Below, one piece after another: positions 30,101 through 39,242 of a stretch of DNA of 64,000 nucleotides. The notes below the pieces were generated by a model. It saw only the letters and a list, made by a program, of their open reading frames with translations. It was not told the DNA's origin and did no database searches. Within the stretch, counting starts at the first letter, position 1. Each line of letters begins with the position of its first letter. The translations under genes were made by a program, and so were the position numbers. Origin of the DNA: Alphaproteobacteria bacterium (GTDB taxonomy: Bacteria; Pseudomonadota; Alphaproteobacteria; SHVV01); the NCBI GenBank assembly GCA_965261735.1, contig OZ253470.1:544001-608000 (forward strand), in the 5' to 3' direction.

Positions 30101-31644
30101 AGATCACCGACGCACGGGGCGAGCGCCTGGCGCTGCGGTCCCGGCCGGCGTCCGCCAACCTCGCCGAGACCGCCGCGTTCATGGACGCGACCAAGCGGAT
30201 ACTCGTATTCAGCATGGCGGGCGGGACCGGGCGCAGCTACCACGCCGATCTTTCCTGCGCCAACACCGAGCGCCGCATCCACTACCTGCTGGAGCCGGGC
30301 TGGCGGGCCGACCAGGCCATCCAGGGGCTCGGCCGCACGCACCGCACGCACCAGGCATCGGCGCCGCTGTTCCGCCCCGTCGCCACCGACGTGAAGGGCG
30401 AGCGGCGGTTCATCGCCACCATCGCGCGGAGGCTAGACAGCCTGGGCGCGATCACCCGCGGCCAGCGCGATTCGCAGACCGCCATGGGGAGCGGCGACCA
30501 GGCGCTGTTCCGCGAGAGCGACAATCTGGAGAGCATCTACGCCAAGGCGGCGCTGCGGCGCTTCTACATCGCGCTCTGGCGCGGCCACATCGAGGGCTGG
30601 TCGCTCGACCGTTTCGAGGACGCCACCGGCCTCAAGCTGGTCTACGAGGGCAACCTGAAGGAGGAGCTGCCGCCGATGCCGCGCTTCCTGAACCGCCTGC
30701 TCGCACTCCCCATCGCCGAGCAGAACCAGCTCTTCGCGGAACTGGAGGCCCGCATCGCCGAGAACATCGAGCAGGCCGTCGAGGCCGGCAGCTTCGAGGT
30801 CGGCGTCGAGACCGTGCGAGCGGATTCGCTCACCCTCGTCGGCCGGGAGACGCTCTATGAGCATCCCGGCACCGGGGCCGCGACCGATCTCGTGGAGATC
30901 CGCCGCCGCGACCGGCTGGTGCCGTTGACCGCCGAGGCCGCGCTCGATATCGGCGCACGGGAGCCCGGCGCCGACGACAAGCCGAGGCTCGCCGTCAACG
31001 CCCGCTCGAAGCGCGCAGCCGTCCTTCTGCCGGCGCCCTCGCGCATGTTCGACGATGGCGGGGTGCAGGAGCGGGTCCGGCTGGTCCGCCCCGCGAGCCG
31101 CGAGACGATGGCACGTCCCGAGCTCGACGCCTCCAACTGGCGTCCTGCCGACGAGGCGCAATGGCGCACGCTCTGGGAGCACGAAATCGCCGAGCTCCCC
31201 TCGCACCGCGAATCGCGCTTCTGGCTCGCCGCCGGCCTGCTGCTCCCCATCTGGGACCGGCTGCCGTTCGAGAACATGCGCGTGCGCCGGCTCGCCACCG
31301 ACGATGGCGAGGCGCTCATCGGGCGCGTGCTCGACGCCGAGCAGGTCCGTGCCGCGCGCGCGAGCTTCGGCCTCGACGGCGGCCCCGCCATGACCGGCGA
31401 GGAAGCCTTCGAGGCCGTCATGGCACGCGGGACCTCGCTCCCGCTCGCCAACGGCTGGCGGCTCGCGCGCCGGCGCATCATGGGCGCCGACCGGCTCGAA
31501 ATCGAGGGGCCGGCCGACACCGACGTGGCCATGCTCAAGCGCATCGGCTGCACGGTGGAGATCGTCTCGTACCGCGCCCGCGCCTTCGCGCCCGCCGCAC
31601 AGGTGCTCGACCGCGTCCTCGAACGCTGGCCGCTCGCCGCCTGA
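27133..31644 (+). CDS. Strawberry-notch family methyltransferase-helicase fusion
   Basis: QQFSTP, LEPSAGTG, MNPPF; GDGTGAGKGR, FDEAH, SATG, AIQGLGRTHR. Confidence 0.92.
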   Translation: MLDAHPAPGASARPQLPPVSVPASGGAPADVDGPAALLDAARTLLPVLEAGRPLDAPTLRDAMTRAFGASDANGAWVWKDAYEAAEAAVVLFMQRYGRAMRQRTGAGADGPRKMLAMLAAIAALEPSHTKRSEDQVRLQQFSTPLPLAYAALRAAAVRPGDTVLEPSAGTGMLAVMAACALASRAAGHLHLNEIASIRAGLLAGLFPGTAVTRHNAEALADFLPAVRPTVVLMNPPFSATPGIDRIRHDADLRHIRSAFSMLPPGGRLAAITSAHCVPGDSAWRDAFASMGGAARTVFTMAIDGRAYARRGTGFDTRLTVIERSAEPAIEVDGQARAATPAELLDAVIAKVPPRRAIEPEPVRTAPAAVAGRDLFGNAVAPAKTTRKPPAQPSPAQPHNWGPVAELAVETGGPDAGDAATAGTANAGPYDPWRPGVVRIAGAIEHPTPLVQSAAMAAVPHPVPSWRPLLPERVVTDGLLSDAQLESVVLAGEAHTRHLAARYRVGSGWETVARCPEDSDEEIDTALLTEEGETLSAPVRFRRGWMLGDGTGAGKGRQVAAMVLDNWMRGRKRALWLSQSDKLLEDARRDWTALGGRDADVFPLGNFRQGAEIPLAEGILFATYATLRSPARQGKASRLDQIVAWLAGSLDEDDRHAFAGVIVFDEAHAMANAAGSKGNRGEVKPSQQGRAGLRLQNALPDARIAYVSATGATTVPGLAYAGRLGLWAAGETPFETRTDFISAMEAGGVAAMEVLARDLKALGLYQARVLSYDGVEVEILEHPLTPEQRRIYDAYAGAFKVIHHNINEALKATGIVEGDSTLNKNAKSAALSAFEGAKQRFFGHLLTAMKCPSLIRAIEADLDTGRSAVVQLVSTGEALMERRIAEIPASEWDDLSVDLTPRETVIEFLAHAFPVQLQEPFTDDEGNVMSRPVFDDDGNPVICQEAAARRDALIEKLAALPPVQSALDQIVHRFGHEAVAEVTGRSRRVLKITDARGERLALRSRPASANLAETAAFMDATKRILVFSMAGGTGRSYHADLSCANTERRIHYLLEPGWRADQAIQGLGRTHRTHQASAPLFRPVATDVKGERRFIATIARRLDSLGAITRGQRDSQTAMGSGDQALFRESDNLESIYAKAALRRFYIALWRGHIEGWSLDRFEDATGLKLVYEGNLKEELPPMPRFLNRLLALPIAEQNQLFAELEARIAENIEQAVEAGSFEVGVETVRADSLTLVGRETLYEHPGTGAATDLVEIRRRDRLVPLTAEAALDIGAREPGADDKPRLAVNARSKRAAVLLPAPSRMFDDGGVQERVRLVRPASRETMARPELDASNWRPADEAQWRTLWEHEIAELPSHRESRFWLAAGLLLPIWDRLPFENMRVRRLATDDGEALIGRVLDAEQVRAARASFGLDGGPAMTGEEAFEAVMARGTSLPLANGWRLARRRIMGADRLEIEGPADTDVAMLKRIGCTVEIVSYRARAFAPAAQVLDRVLERWPLAA

Positions 31645-31767
31645 CCCACGCCCGCGCGATACGTATCGCCGGCCCGTCCACCACCGCCCCCGGCGCCGCC
31701 GTGCCGGGGGCACGTGCCGCCGGCCCGCCGGCCGCGGTTGCCGCACCATCCGAAGGAGTCCCCCGCC

Positions 31768-32037
31768 ATGACCGCCCAGACCCTGCCGGACGACCCCAAC
31801 TACTGCTTCGTGCCCGCCTACGATATCGAGGACGAGGTGCAGCAGATCCGCATCGTCGTCGACGGCATGACCGGCTATATCCCGACGGCGCTGGTTGCCT
31901 TGACGATCGTCGATGGGGAGAGGCTATGCGACCGGCTCAACGCGAAGCTCGGACTCTCGCGCGAGGACTGGACCGCGCTTGCGGCAAAGTCTATGCGCGC
32001 CGAAGCACGCGAGCCGGATGACACCACGAGGCACTGA
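31768..32037 (+). CDS. Small hypothetical protein, apparent paralogue of 43141-43434
   Basis: AAGGAG RBS; shared LN--LGL----WTA-A motif. Confidence 0.7.
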   Translation: MTAQTLPDDPNYCFVPAYDIEDEVQQIRIVVDGMTGYIPTALVALTIVDGERLCDRLNAKLGLSREDWTALAAKSMRAEAREPDDTTRH

Positions 32038-32112
32038 AATCCCGGCTAGATGCGTCGACGCTACCCAGCCCCCTTACAACGGGCGAGCCACGAGGCCACC
32101 ATCAGCACCTTG

Positions 32113-33000
32113 CTAGTTTGGACCTCGCATCATGCAAATGAAATGTCCCGATGGAACGTTCAAAAGCCCGAAGTCAAGGTGATTGTAGTACCACTCAAGC
32201 CTTAGCTTCTTTGGCACCGGATGTTCCGTGAAGAGCGTCTCCACGTACTTCGCGTCACTGAGTTTTGGATCGATCTCTCGAATCAGCCCTATCTGGCGCA
32301 TCGCATTCATCGTCAACACTGTCGGCGTGCCTGCCGTGGTAATTCCTAACCCCCCATATCCATCGAGCAAGACCGCACCGGGGGACGCTTCCTCCGCCCT
32401 GTATTCATCGTGGAATGACCACAGCCTCTCGCGTTCGGGCGCCATTGCGTCATCAACTGACCAGTCGAAGACCGAATGGTCGAACAGGCCTAAAATTTCG
32501 AATGTCTCACGCGTTACAGACGCGAACAGGACCTCATCCGTTCGAGCCATCAATCCGCTAACCTCTTTGTGAAGACCGAGATGAAAGTGATGGCGCCCCA
32601 GAGCATTGAGCAAAAAGTCCTTGTCTTCCCACGTCCTGGAATCAGCTACCTCAGGATCCGCCGCCAAGACATAACCGTGACGATGCGCTTTGGTCGAAAG
32701 GTACGGATTCAGGTCGGCGCCAGCCTCCACCGCTCGAATGAACGCCTCGATGTTCAGTTTCACGGCGGTGGCACGGCAATCGGCCTGAAGAGCAGACTGC
32801 CCAGTCACTCTTCGAGGCCGAATGGCCACTTGGCGCAATTTCCAGCACATGTAGATCCTGAGCAACTCGGAATTGCCCTTTGACTGAAGAGCAGCGAGAG
32901 ATGCTCTGTCGTTCGGAATTCGAGGGATGTCCCGAATGAGGCAATTTCGGAACTTCTGAAAACGCTTCGAGTTGCTCAGCGTTGAATCAACGTCTGCCAT
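32113..33000 (-). CDS. Hypothetical lower-GC cargo protein
   Basis: 295-aa ORF opposite to the block; DFLLN…HHFHLG…RT motif. Confidence 0.75.
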   Translation of the reverse strand: MADVDSTLSNSKRFQKFRNCLIRDIPRIPNDRASLAALQSKGNSELLRIYMCWKLRQVAIRPRRVTGQSALQADCRATAVKLNIEAFIRAVEAGADLNPYLSTKAHRHGYVLAADPEVADSRTWEDKDFLLNALGRHHFHLGLHKEVSGLMARTDEVLFASVTRETFEILGLFDHSVFDWSVDDAMAPERERLWSFHDEYRAEEASPGAVLLDGYGGLGITTAGTPTVLTMNAMRQIGLIREIDPKLSDAKYVETLFTEHPVPKKLRLEWYYNHLDFGLLNVPSGHFICMMRGPN

Positions 33001-33139
33001 AGGTTCTCCCGCCTCGTCTACGCTCTACAGCGATAGGCCGACTCCTCCGCCGGATTGGCCAATGCCTACGGGACTGCCATTTCGAATCCAAATCCGTCTC
33101 ACTCGCCCTGCTGCGCAGCCGGCCCGGCGTCGGCTGCGT

Positions 33140-33532
33140 TCACCCCCGCCGCGCCAGCCAGTACCACGCGATCCACACCGGCACGCTGAGCACCACCGCA
33201 TAGACCGCGATTGCGACCGGACCGAGCAGCCCGGCCACCAGCGACGCCGCCGCCGTCACCGCACCCAGTCCGATCCCCGCCATCCACGCGCCGCGGCGGT
33301 ATCCCAGCCGCCACAGCCTCCCGCATCCGAGGGCGAGCGGCAGCCCGCACGGCGCTACCGGCACCAACGAGCCCACCATCATCGGCACCGCCGCGAGCCA
33401 CATCGCGGGCTCCGCCGCCGGCCCGCCGTCCGCCCCGAATCGGAAGACCGTCGTCGCGACCACCCCGGCCGGCAGCCACAGCAGCGCCAGGGTCCAGAAC
33501 CGCCACCGTCTCGTCGATTCCCGTGCCGCCAT
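33140..33532 (-). CDS. Hypothetical membrane protein (about 4 TM)
   Basis: Hydrophobic segments; GAGG RBS. Confidence 0.6.
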   Translation of the reverse strand: MAARESTRRWRFWTLALLWLPAGVVATTVFRFGADGGPAAEPAMWLAAVPMMVGSLVPVAPCGLPLALGCGRLWRLGYRRGAWMAGIGLGAVTAAASLVAGLLGPVAIAVYAVVLSVPVWIAWYWLARRG

Positions 33533-33694
33533 GCCTCACCCGCGCCGCAACAGAGCTGCGCCTGAATCCTACCGGGGGACACCGGCGCCTGACGACTCCC
33601 GTCCGAGAGGTCGAGCGGAGCGTCCGCGGGCGCGCGGTCCGGGGCGATGGAGAGCCTCCGGGCCGCTCCCCCCGCTGCCGAGGATGGACAAGTC

Positions 33695-34402
33695 ATGCCA
33701 ACCGATACCCCGCTTGCCCCCGCCGTCTGCTCCGAGACCGCCGCACCCTATGCGGCCTGCGCCGGAGCGCCGCCGCCGTCCGCCGAAACGCTGCTCACGC
33801 GCATCGAACGCGCGGGACCCGCCGCGCTCGACGACCACGAGCTCCTCAGGCTCGTCGGCATCCACATCGACGCCGCGACCCTCGCCGCCGCGGGCGGCCT
33901 GCGCGAGCTGCTCGACGATCCGGACGACATGCTGCGCCTGTTCCTCCTGCCTGCCGAGGACCGCGCGCGCGTGCGTGCCGTCCTTGAGCTGCACGCCCGA
34001 TGGTTGGAAGCGCGGCTTCGCCGGGACGGCGCTCTCACCTCGCCGGACCTGACCCGGCGCTACCTCGAATCCCGCCTTCACGGGCGGCGCAACGAGGTCT
34101 TCGTCGCGGTCTTCCTCGACTCCCACCACCGGCCCATCGCCTACGAGGAAATCTTCAATGGAACGGTGGACGGCGCCACCGTCCATCCGCGCGTCGTGGT
34201 GCGCAGGGCGCTGATGCACAACGCCGCCGCCCTCGTGGTCGCACACGGACATCCGTCGGGCGTTGCCGAGCCAAGTGTCGCCGACCGCGCCATCACCAAG
34301 CGGCTCGCCGAAGCACTCGCGCTCGTCGACGTGCGCCTCATCGACCACTTCGTCGTCGGCGACGGGGAATCCGTCTCCTTCGCCGAAAGAGGACTTCTCT
34401 GA
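33695..34402 (+). CDS. radC: RadC/JAB-domain protein
   Basis: EVF-AVFLD, GTVDGATVHPR, AHGHPSG--EPS-AD, LIDHFVVG. Confidence 0.9.
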   Translation: MPTDTPLAPAVCSETAAPYAACAGAPPPSAETLLTRIERAGPAALDDHELLRLVGIHIDAATLAAAGGLRELLDDPDDMLRLFLLPAEDRARVRAVLELHARWLEARLRRDGALTSPDLTRRYLESRLHGRRNEVFVAVFLDSHHRPIAYEEIFNGTVDGATVHPRVVVRRALMHNAAALVVAHGHPSGVAEPSVADRAITKRLAEALALVDVRLIDHFVVGDGESVSFAERGLL

Positions 34403-34578
34403 CCGCCCCGATACGCCGTCCGCCCCCCGCGCCCATCGCATTCGCTCCGCCGCCGGCCCGTCGACTTCTCCCGCTCCCGGCACCCTCCGCCATCCCGGTG
34501 TTCGAGGACAGCCGGACGAGGGCGAAAGCCGCGACCCGAGAGAGGGGCGGGGCGCCATCGTCACCGGGGAAACACGAC

Positions 34579-35106
34579 ATGAAGACTCTCATCTATGCCG
34601 GCATCGGATCGCGCGCCACGCCCGAATCCATTCTCGCAGACATGACGAAGATGGCCACTTGGCTCGCGCGCACCGGCTGGCATCTCGCGAGCGGCGGCGC
34701 ACACGGGGCCGACACTGCGTTTGCCGGGGGCGCGCCGGCCGGCCAGCGGACCCTCTACCTGCCGTGGCCGGGCTATAACGGGCATGCGGGGCCGGAATGC
34801 CACGCGCTGTCCCGGTCCGCGCTCTCGGGCAGCATGGAGATTGCCGCGCGCCTGCATCCCGCCTGGCACCGCTGCTCACCCGCCGCCCGGAAGCTTCACG
34901 CTCGGAACGCAGCCATCCTCCTCTCGTCTGAGCTGGACCGTCCCGTCGATGCGGTAGTGGCATGGACGCGCGATTCCGCTGTCACGGGAGGCACCGGGAT
35001 GGGGCTGCGCATCGCGGTGGAGCACGGGATTCCGGTGATGAACCTCGGCGCCATGTCTCCCCGCGAAGCCTGCGAGCGACTGCTGGCCATCCGCCGGTCT
35101 TCCTGA
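34579..35106 (+). CDS. SLOG-superfamily (DprA/Smf-like) protein
   Basis: YAGIGSR, SGGAHGAD, HARN, GGTG. Confidence 0.8.
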   Translation: MKTLIYAGIGSRATPESILADMTKMATWLARTGWHLASGGAHGADTAFAGGAPAGQRTLYLPWPGYNGHAGPECHALSRSALSGSMEIAARLHPAWHRCSPAARKLHARNAAILLSSELDRPVDAVVAWTRDSAVTGGTGMGLRIAVEHGIPVMNLGAMSPREACERLLAIRRSS

Positions 35107-35228
35107 CCCTCCGTCTCCGTTCTTCGAGCCAGAGCGCTGCTGCGCGCCGGGCGAACGCCCGGCAGGGAAGAGGGAGAAGGGCTCCCGTCCCGATGCCGGA
35201 CGCGGCAACCGGCAGAGGAGACTGTCCC

Positions 35229-35360
35229 ATGTTCGATTTCGACGTTGAAGTGCATTCCGGCTCGGACTTGCTCGCACAACTCGGCCTCGATGGCCGTGCC
35301 ATCCGCACCATCCTCGAAGAACCGGCTCCCTTCGACCCCCGGGGCGACGACGGGGAGTAG
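35229..35360 (+). CDS. Small acidic protein (43 aa)
   Basis: GAGGAG RBS. Confidence 0.45.
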   Translation: MFDFDVEVHSGSDLLAQLGLDGRAIRTILEEPAPFDPRGDDGE

Positions 35361-35468
35361 GAGTGAAGCGAGGGGAAGGTGAACGGGAAGGGGCTGGGGA
35401 GAGTGACCCCCGGCCCCCGACCGCTTCGCAACCCATCGTCATCATCCAGACCATGAAGGAGATATCCC

Positions 35469-35939
35469 ATGGCGTTCGGACTCAATCGCGTGGAACTCAT
35501 CGGCCGCCTCGGCGCCGACGTCACCGTCAACCACCTCGCCTCCGGCGGGCGCGTGGCGAACCTGTCGGTCGCGACCGACGAGTCCTACCTCAACAAGCAG
35601 ACCGGCGAGCGGGTCGACAAGACCGAGTGGCACCGCATCGTCACCTTCCAGGACGGGCTCATCACGATGTTCGAGAAGCATGCCCGGAAGGGCCGGCTGG
35701 TCTACATCGACGGCAAGCTCCAGACGCGCCGCTGGTCGAAGCCCGACGAGGACGGCGACCGGTTCTCGACCGAGATCCTGCTCGTCCCCGGCGGACGCGT
35801 CCAGTTCCTCGACCGGCCCAACGGCGCGAACGGCAACGGCGCCGCGATGGCGGACGGCCAGGAGCCCGCGAACGGCTCGGCCATGCCGGCCGGCGGCACC
35901 CCGGCCCCCTCGGACCTGGACGACGATATCCCGTTTTGA
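35469..35939 (+). CDS. ssb: Single-stranded DNA-binding protein
   Basis: NRV-LIGRLG, TEWHR, acidic tail DDDIPF. Confidence 0.95.
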   Translation: MAFGLNRVELIGRLGADVTVNHLASGGRVANLSVATDESYLNKQTGERVDKTEWHRIVTFQDGLITMFEKHARKGRLVYIDGKLQTRRWSKPDEDGDRFSTEILLVPGGRVQFLDRPNGANGNGAAMADGQEPANGSAMPAGGTPAPSDLDDDIPF

Positions 35940-35973
35940 GTCGGGCCTCTCCGCTTCTCCTCCCTCCCAACTC

Positions 35974-36007
35974 GGGGACCGGCGCTTCGGCGTCGGTCCC
36001 CTTTTTT
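35974..36007 (+). terminator. Intrinsic terminator after ssb
   Basis: GGGGACCGGCGC-TTCG-GCGTCGGTCCCC followed by T6. Confidence 0.8.
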
Positions 36008-36124
36008 GTCCGCCGCTTCGAGCACGGCCTCGCGTCGCTCGTCCGTCTCCACGCCCGCCGGCCCCGCCGCCGGAGTCCGAGCCGCGCGCCGATACGGACG
36101 CCCGTATCGGACAGGAGAGAGAGC

Positions 36125-36694
36125 ATGCCGCGCGACACCGACAGCATCTTCGCCCACGGGGCCCTCATCGTCCCCGACGTCATCACCCCCGCGGAGGAGG
36201 CACGCATCCTCCTTCGCATCGCCGAGGCGCCCTGGCTCGCCGAGCTCCGCCGCCGCGTGCAGCACTACGGCTTTCGCTACGACTACGCCGCCGGCGGCTC
36301 GCGGGTTCCGGCGCCGGCTTTCCCGCGGTGGACCGCGGCCATGGCCGAGCGCGTTCGCGCCCACTTCGGCGGCACGCTCCCGGTGCAGTGCATCGTGAAC
36401 GAATACCGCCCGGGCCAGGGCATCGGGATGCACGCCGACCACCGCGACTTCGGCCCCGCAGTCGCCTCCCTTTCGCTCGGCGCCTCGTGGCCGATGCGCT
36501 TCCGCCGCCGCGACACGCGACCCTACGCGCGCGACGGCCTGCCCGGCGACGAGGTCGCGCTGCTCCCCCGCCGCTCGGTCCTCGTCCTCGCCGGTGCCGC
36601 CCGCGATCGCTTCATGCACGGCATCGACCGCGCCGACACCGCGCGCGAGACCGTGACCCGCGTCTCCGCGACCTTCCGCACCCTCGCGCCGTAG
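36125..36694 (+). CDS. AlkB-family 2OG-Fe(II) dioxygenase
   Basis: RRVQHYG, NEY-PGQGI--HAD, HGI, RVSATFR. Confidence 0.88.
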   Translation: MPRDTDSIFAHGALIVPDVITPAEEARILLRIAEAPWLAELRRRVQHYGFRYDYAAGGSRVPAPAFPRWTAAMAERVRAHFGGTLPVQCIVNEYRPGQGIGMHADHRDFGPAVASLSLGASWPMRFRRRDTRPYARDGLPGDEVALLPRRSVLVLAGAARDRFMHGIDRADTARETVTRVSATFRTLAP

Positions 36695-36857
36695 CGCTCC
36701 GGAGTCCGCCGCCATTCGGGCCTCGCGGCCGCGCTTCGCGCGCCGCGTCCCCCTCCGGCGCCAGCAGGAGTCGAGTCTGGCCGGTATCGGGGCATCCCAG
36801 TCAAAGCCCGAGGAGTCCCGTCATGCCGAACCCGTGCATTCCCCCAGGAGACGCGCC

Positions 36858-37898
36858 GTGAACGCGTCCGCCATCGCCGCCGCCCTCGGAGAGCGCGCCG
36901 AGGCCGTCTGCCGGCAGTACCTGCCGCACGGCCGGCGCCAGGGCCGCTACTGGGTCGCGGGCGACCTCGACGGCGCCCGCGGGCGCTCGCTCTTCGTCCG
37001 GCTCGCACCGCCCGGTACGCCGGGCAAATGGACGGATGCGGCCGAGGGGCAGCATGGCGACCTGCTCGACATCATCCGCCACCGCGCGGGCGCGCCGACG
37101 CTGCGCGCGGCGCTCGAAGAGGCCCGCGCCTTCCTCGCCCTGCCGGCTGCGCCGGCCGCGGGCGAGGGCGGCTCATACGATGCCACCGAGGCGGCGCGCC
37201 GCCTCTGGCGGCGTTGCCGCGCCATCGACGGCACTCACGCGGAGCGCTATCTCCAGGCGCGGGGTCTCGCGCGCTGCCGCTTCCCAGCGCTGCGCTTCCA
37301 CCCCGAGCTTCGCTACCGCGAAGGCCCGTCCGTGCGCCGCCTGCCGGCGCTGGTCGCCACCGTAACCGGCGACGATGGCTCCGTGCTCGGCGTGCAGCGC
37401 ACCTGGCTCGACCCGCGCTCGCCCGCCAAGGCGGACGTCGCGTCCCCTCGCAAGGCGCTCGGGCGCATCTACGGTCACGCCGTCCGTTTCGGACGCCCCG
37501 CCGACGGCGCTTCGCTCCTCGTCGGCGAGGGCATCGAGACCGTGCTCTCGCTCGTCACCGCCGTGCCGGAGATCGACGCGGCGGCCGCGCTCTCCGCCGG
37601 GAGCCTCGGCGCATTCGCGCCTCCGTCCGGCGTCGCGCGGCTCGTCATCGCGCGCGACAACGACATGGAAGGGGACCAGGCGGCCGAACGCCTCGCCCGG
37701 CGCTGCGCGCGGGCGGGCGTCGCCGCCGCCATCCTTGTCCCGAAGGGCGAGGACTTCAACGACGACCTCCTCGCCCTCGGCGCTCCCGCGCTCGCCGCGC
37801 GCTTCGCGCCGCTCTTCCGCTTCGCGGGAGGAAGAGAGGAGCAGGGCGGAGGGCAGGCCCACAGGGAGAGGGGAGGGAGGCGATGGTCGCCATCGTGA
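36858..37898 (+). CDS. Toprim-domain primase-like protein
   Basis: YL--RG, VGEGIET, ARDND, EDFND; AGGAG RBS before the GTG start. Confidence 0.85.
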   Translation: MNASAIAAALGERAEAVCRQYLPHGRRQGRYWVAGDLDGARGRSLFVRLAPPGTPGKWTDAAEGQHGDLLDIIRHRAGAPTLRAALEEARAFLALPAAPAAGEGGSYDATEAARRLWRRCRAIDGTHAERYLQARGLARCRFPALRFHPELRYREGPSVRRLPALVATVTGDDGSVLGVQRTWLDPRSPAKADVASPRKALGRIYGHAVRFGRPADGASLLVGEGIETVLSLVTAVPEIDAAAALSAGSLGAFAPPSGVARLVIARDNDMEGDQAAERLARRCARAGVAAAILVPKGEDFNDDLLALGAPALAARFAPLFRFAGGREEQGGGQAHRERGGRRWSPS

Positions 37899-38188
37899 AC
37901 CTGAAGCACGAGCCGGACGCCGTCGCGAACGGCGCCGTGCTCATCGACCGCCGAACGAGGTGGGGAAATCCGTTCGTCATAGGACCCGACGGAACAAGGC
38001 CGCAGGTCATCGCGCGCTACCGCGCCGACCTGTGGCGGCGCATCCGCGCGGGCGAGGTCCCGCTCGCCGAGCTCGCGGCCCTCAATTCCAGGCGCTTGGC
38101 TTGTCACTGCCATCCGAAGCCGTGTCACGGGCTGGTGCTCGCCCGCGCTGCGGCTTGGGCCGCCGCCGAGATTGCCTCCGGCCGCTGA
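37883..38188 (+). CDS. DUF4326-domain protein
   Basis: IDR-TRWGNPF…LACHCHPKPCHG. Confidence 0.85.
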   Translation: MVAIVNLKHEPDAVANGAVLIDRRTRWGNPFVIGPDGTRPQVIARYRADLWRRIRAGEVPLAELAALNSRRLACHCHPKPCHGLVLARAAAWAAAEIASGR

Positions 38189-38275
38189 CCGCAAAGCGCG
38201 CGGGCAGCGCTCTTTCCCGCGACCGGGTGATGACAGGCCCTTGCACGGCAAGACGACAATCCTAGGAGAACCCCG

Positions 38276-38704
38276 ATGGCCCCCCGCTACATCATCCGCA
38301 CGATCGACGAAGACTGGATAGACGTCTTCGACCCGCCGTCGCGCATCGACGACAAGCGCACGGCCTGGGAAGAGGCGAAGCGCCGCGTCCGCGTTCATCC
38401 GGATTGCAAGACCGTCATCATCGACCGCTACACCGGCGTCACTCTCTGGCAGAGCGACCCCGACATCCCGGCGCGCTACGAGGTCGTCGCCGTCGACGCC
38501 ACCGTCTTCCACGCCCTGGAGACGGACCTTCACCTTCCGGTCGACGTCCTGTCCTCCCACAAGGAGAAGGACGACGCCTGGACCGCGTTCTACGCGGCGG
38601 TCAAGGAACCGACCAAGGACATCATCCTGCTGCGCGACACCACGCCTGCGCAAACCGTCATCGCGTCGTCCGACGAGGACACCTACAACACCGACGCGGC
38701 GTAA
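38276..38704 (+). CDS. Hypothetical acidic protein with an internal duplication
   Basis: AGGAG RBS; two RY…D…K--AW…SD units. Confidence 0.7.
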   Translation: MAPRYIIRTIDEDWIDVFDPPSRIDDKRTAWEEAKRRVRVHPDCKTVIIDRYTGVTLWQSDPDIPARYEVVAVDATVFHALETDLHLPVDVLSSHKEKDDAWTAFYAAVKEPTKDIILLRDTTPAQTVIASSDEDTYNTDAA

Positions 38705-38766
38705 GCGCGGTGACTTCCGTTCCCCTTCGCAGGCGCGGTCGTCGCAGCAGCAGTCAAAGGGAAGGT

Positions 38767-38881
38767 TGGGCGCGTCGCTTCGCGACCGGGCTACCCTGCC
38801 GAGCCCGCTGCGCGGTCTCGACCCTGCGGGCGGGTATCCCTCGCGCCTCCGCTCGCAAACTCGCTGCGCGCTCCGCTTGCC
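38767..38881. repeat. About 115-bp hairpin-rich direct repeat, copy 1
   Basis: Near-identical to 40508-40623. Confidence 0.9.
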
Positions 38882-38916
38882 AAGAAGGCAGGTCCGTCAA
38901 TGGGGGAATGGGTACT

Positions 38917-39181
38917 CCTCCCGACGTATGCCCATTGTCCCACACGTGCTCACTGCGCCAACCCTGCCTACGGCAGGGTCCTCCACTCCGCTGACGCTCC
39001 GTTCCGGCCGGGACTCGCAAGGCAACGGCGCCAGAGGCGCCTAGACCCGTCGCGGCGCGCGACCGTGGCTCGGTCGCTGCGCTCCCTGCGCCCGCACCAC
39101 TCGCGCACCACGACGGGTCATGCCTTGCGGCCCCGGTGGCTCCGCTGCGCGCGCGTGAATCAATAGACATACGTCGGAAGG
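38917..39181 (-). promoter_or_regulatory. Large imperfect stem-loop, candidate Frpo-like ssDNA promoter
   Basis: Arms 38917-38949 and 39149-39181; inner arms GCAAGGCA/TGCCTTGC and GACCCGTCG/CGACGGGTC. Confidence 0.6.
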
Positions 39182-39242
39182 CGAACGCCCCGGCGCTCCG
39201 GGCCAGAAGGCTCATCTCTCACTCTCGAATCAGGAGAACATC

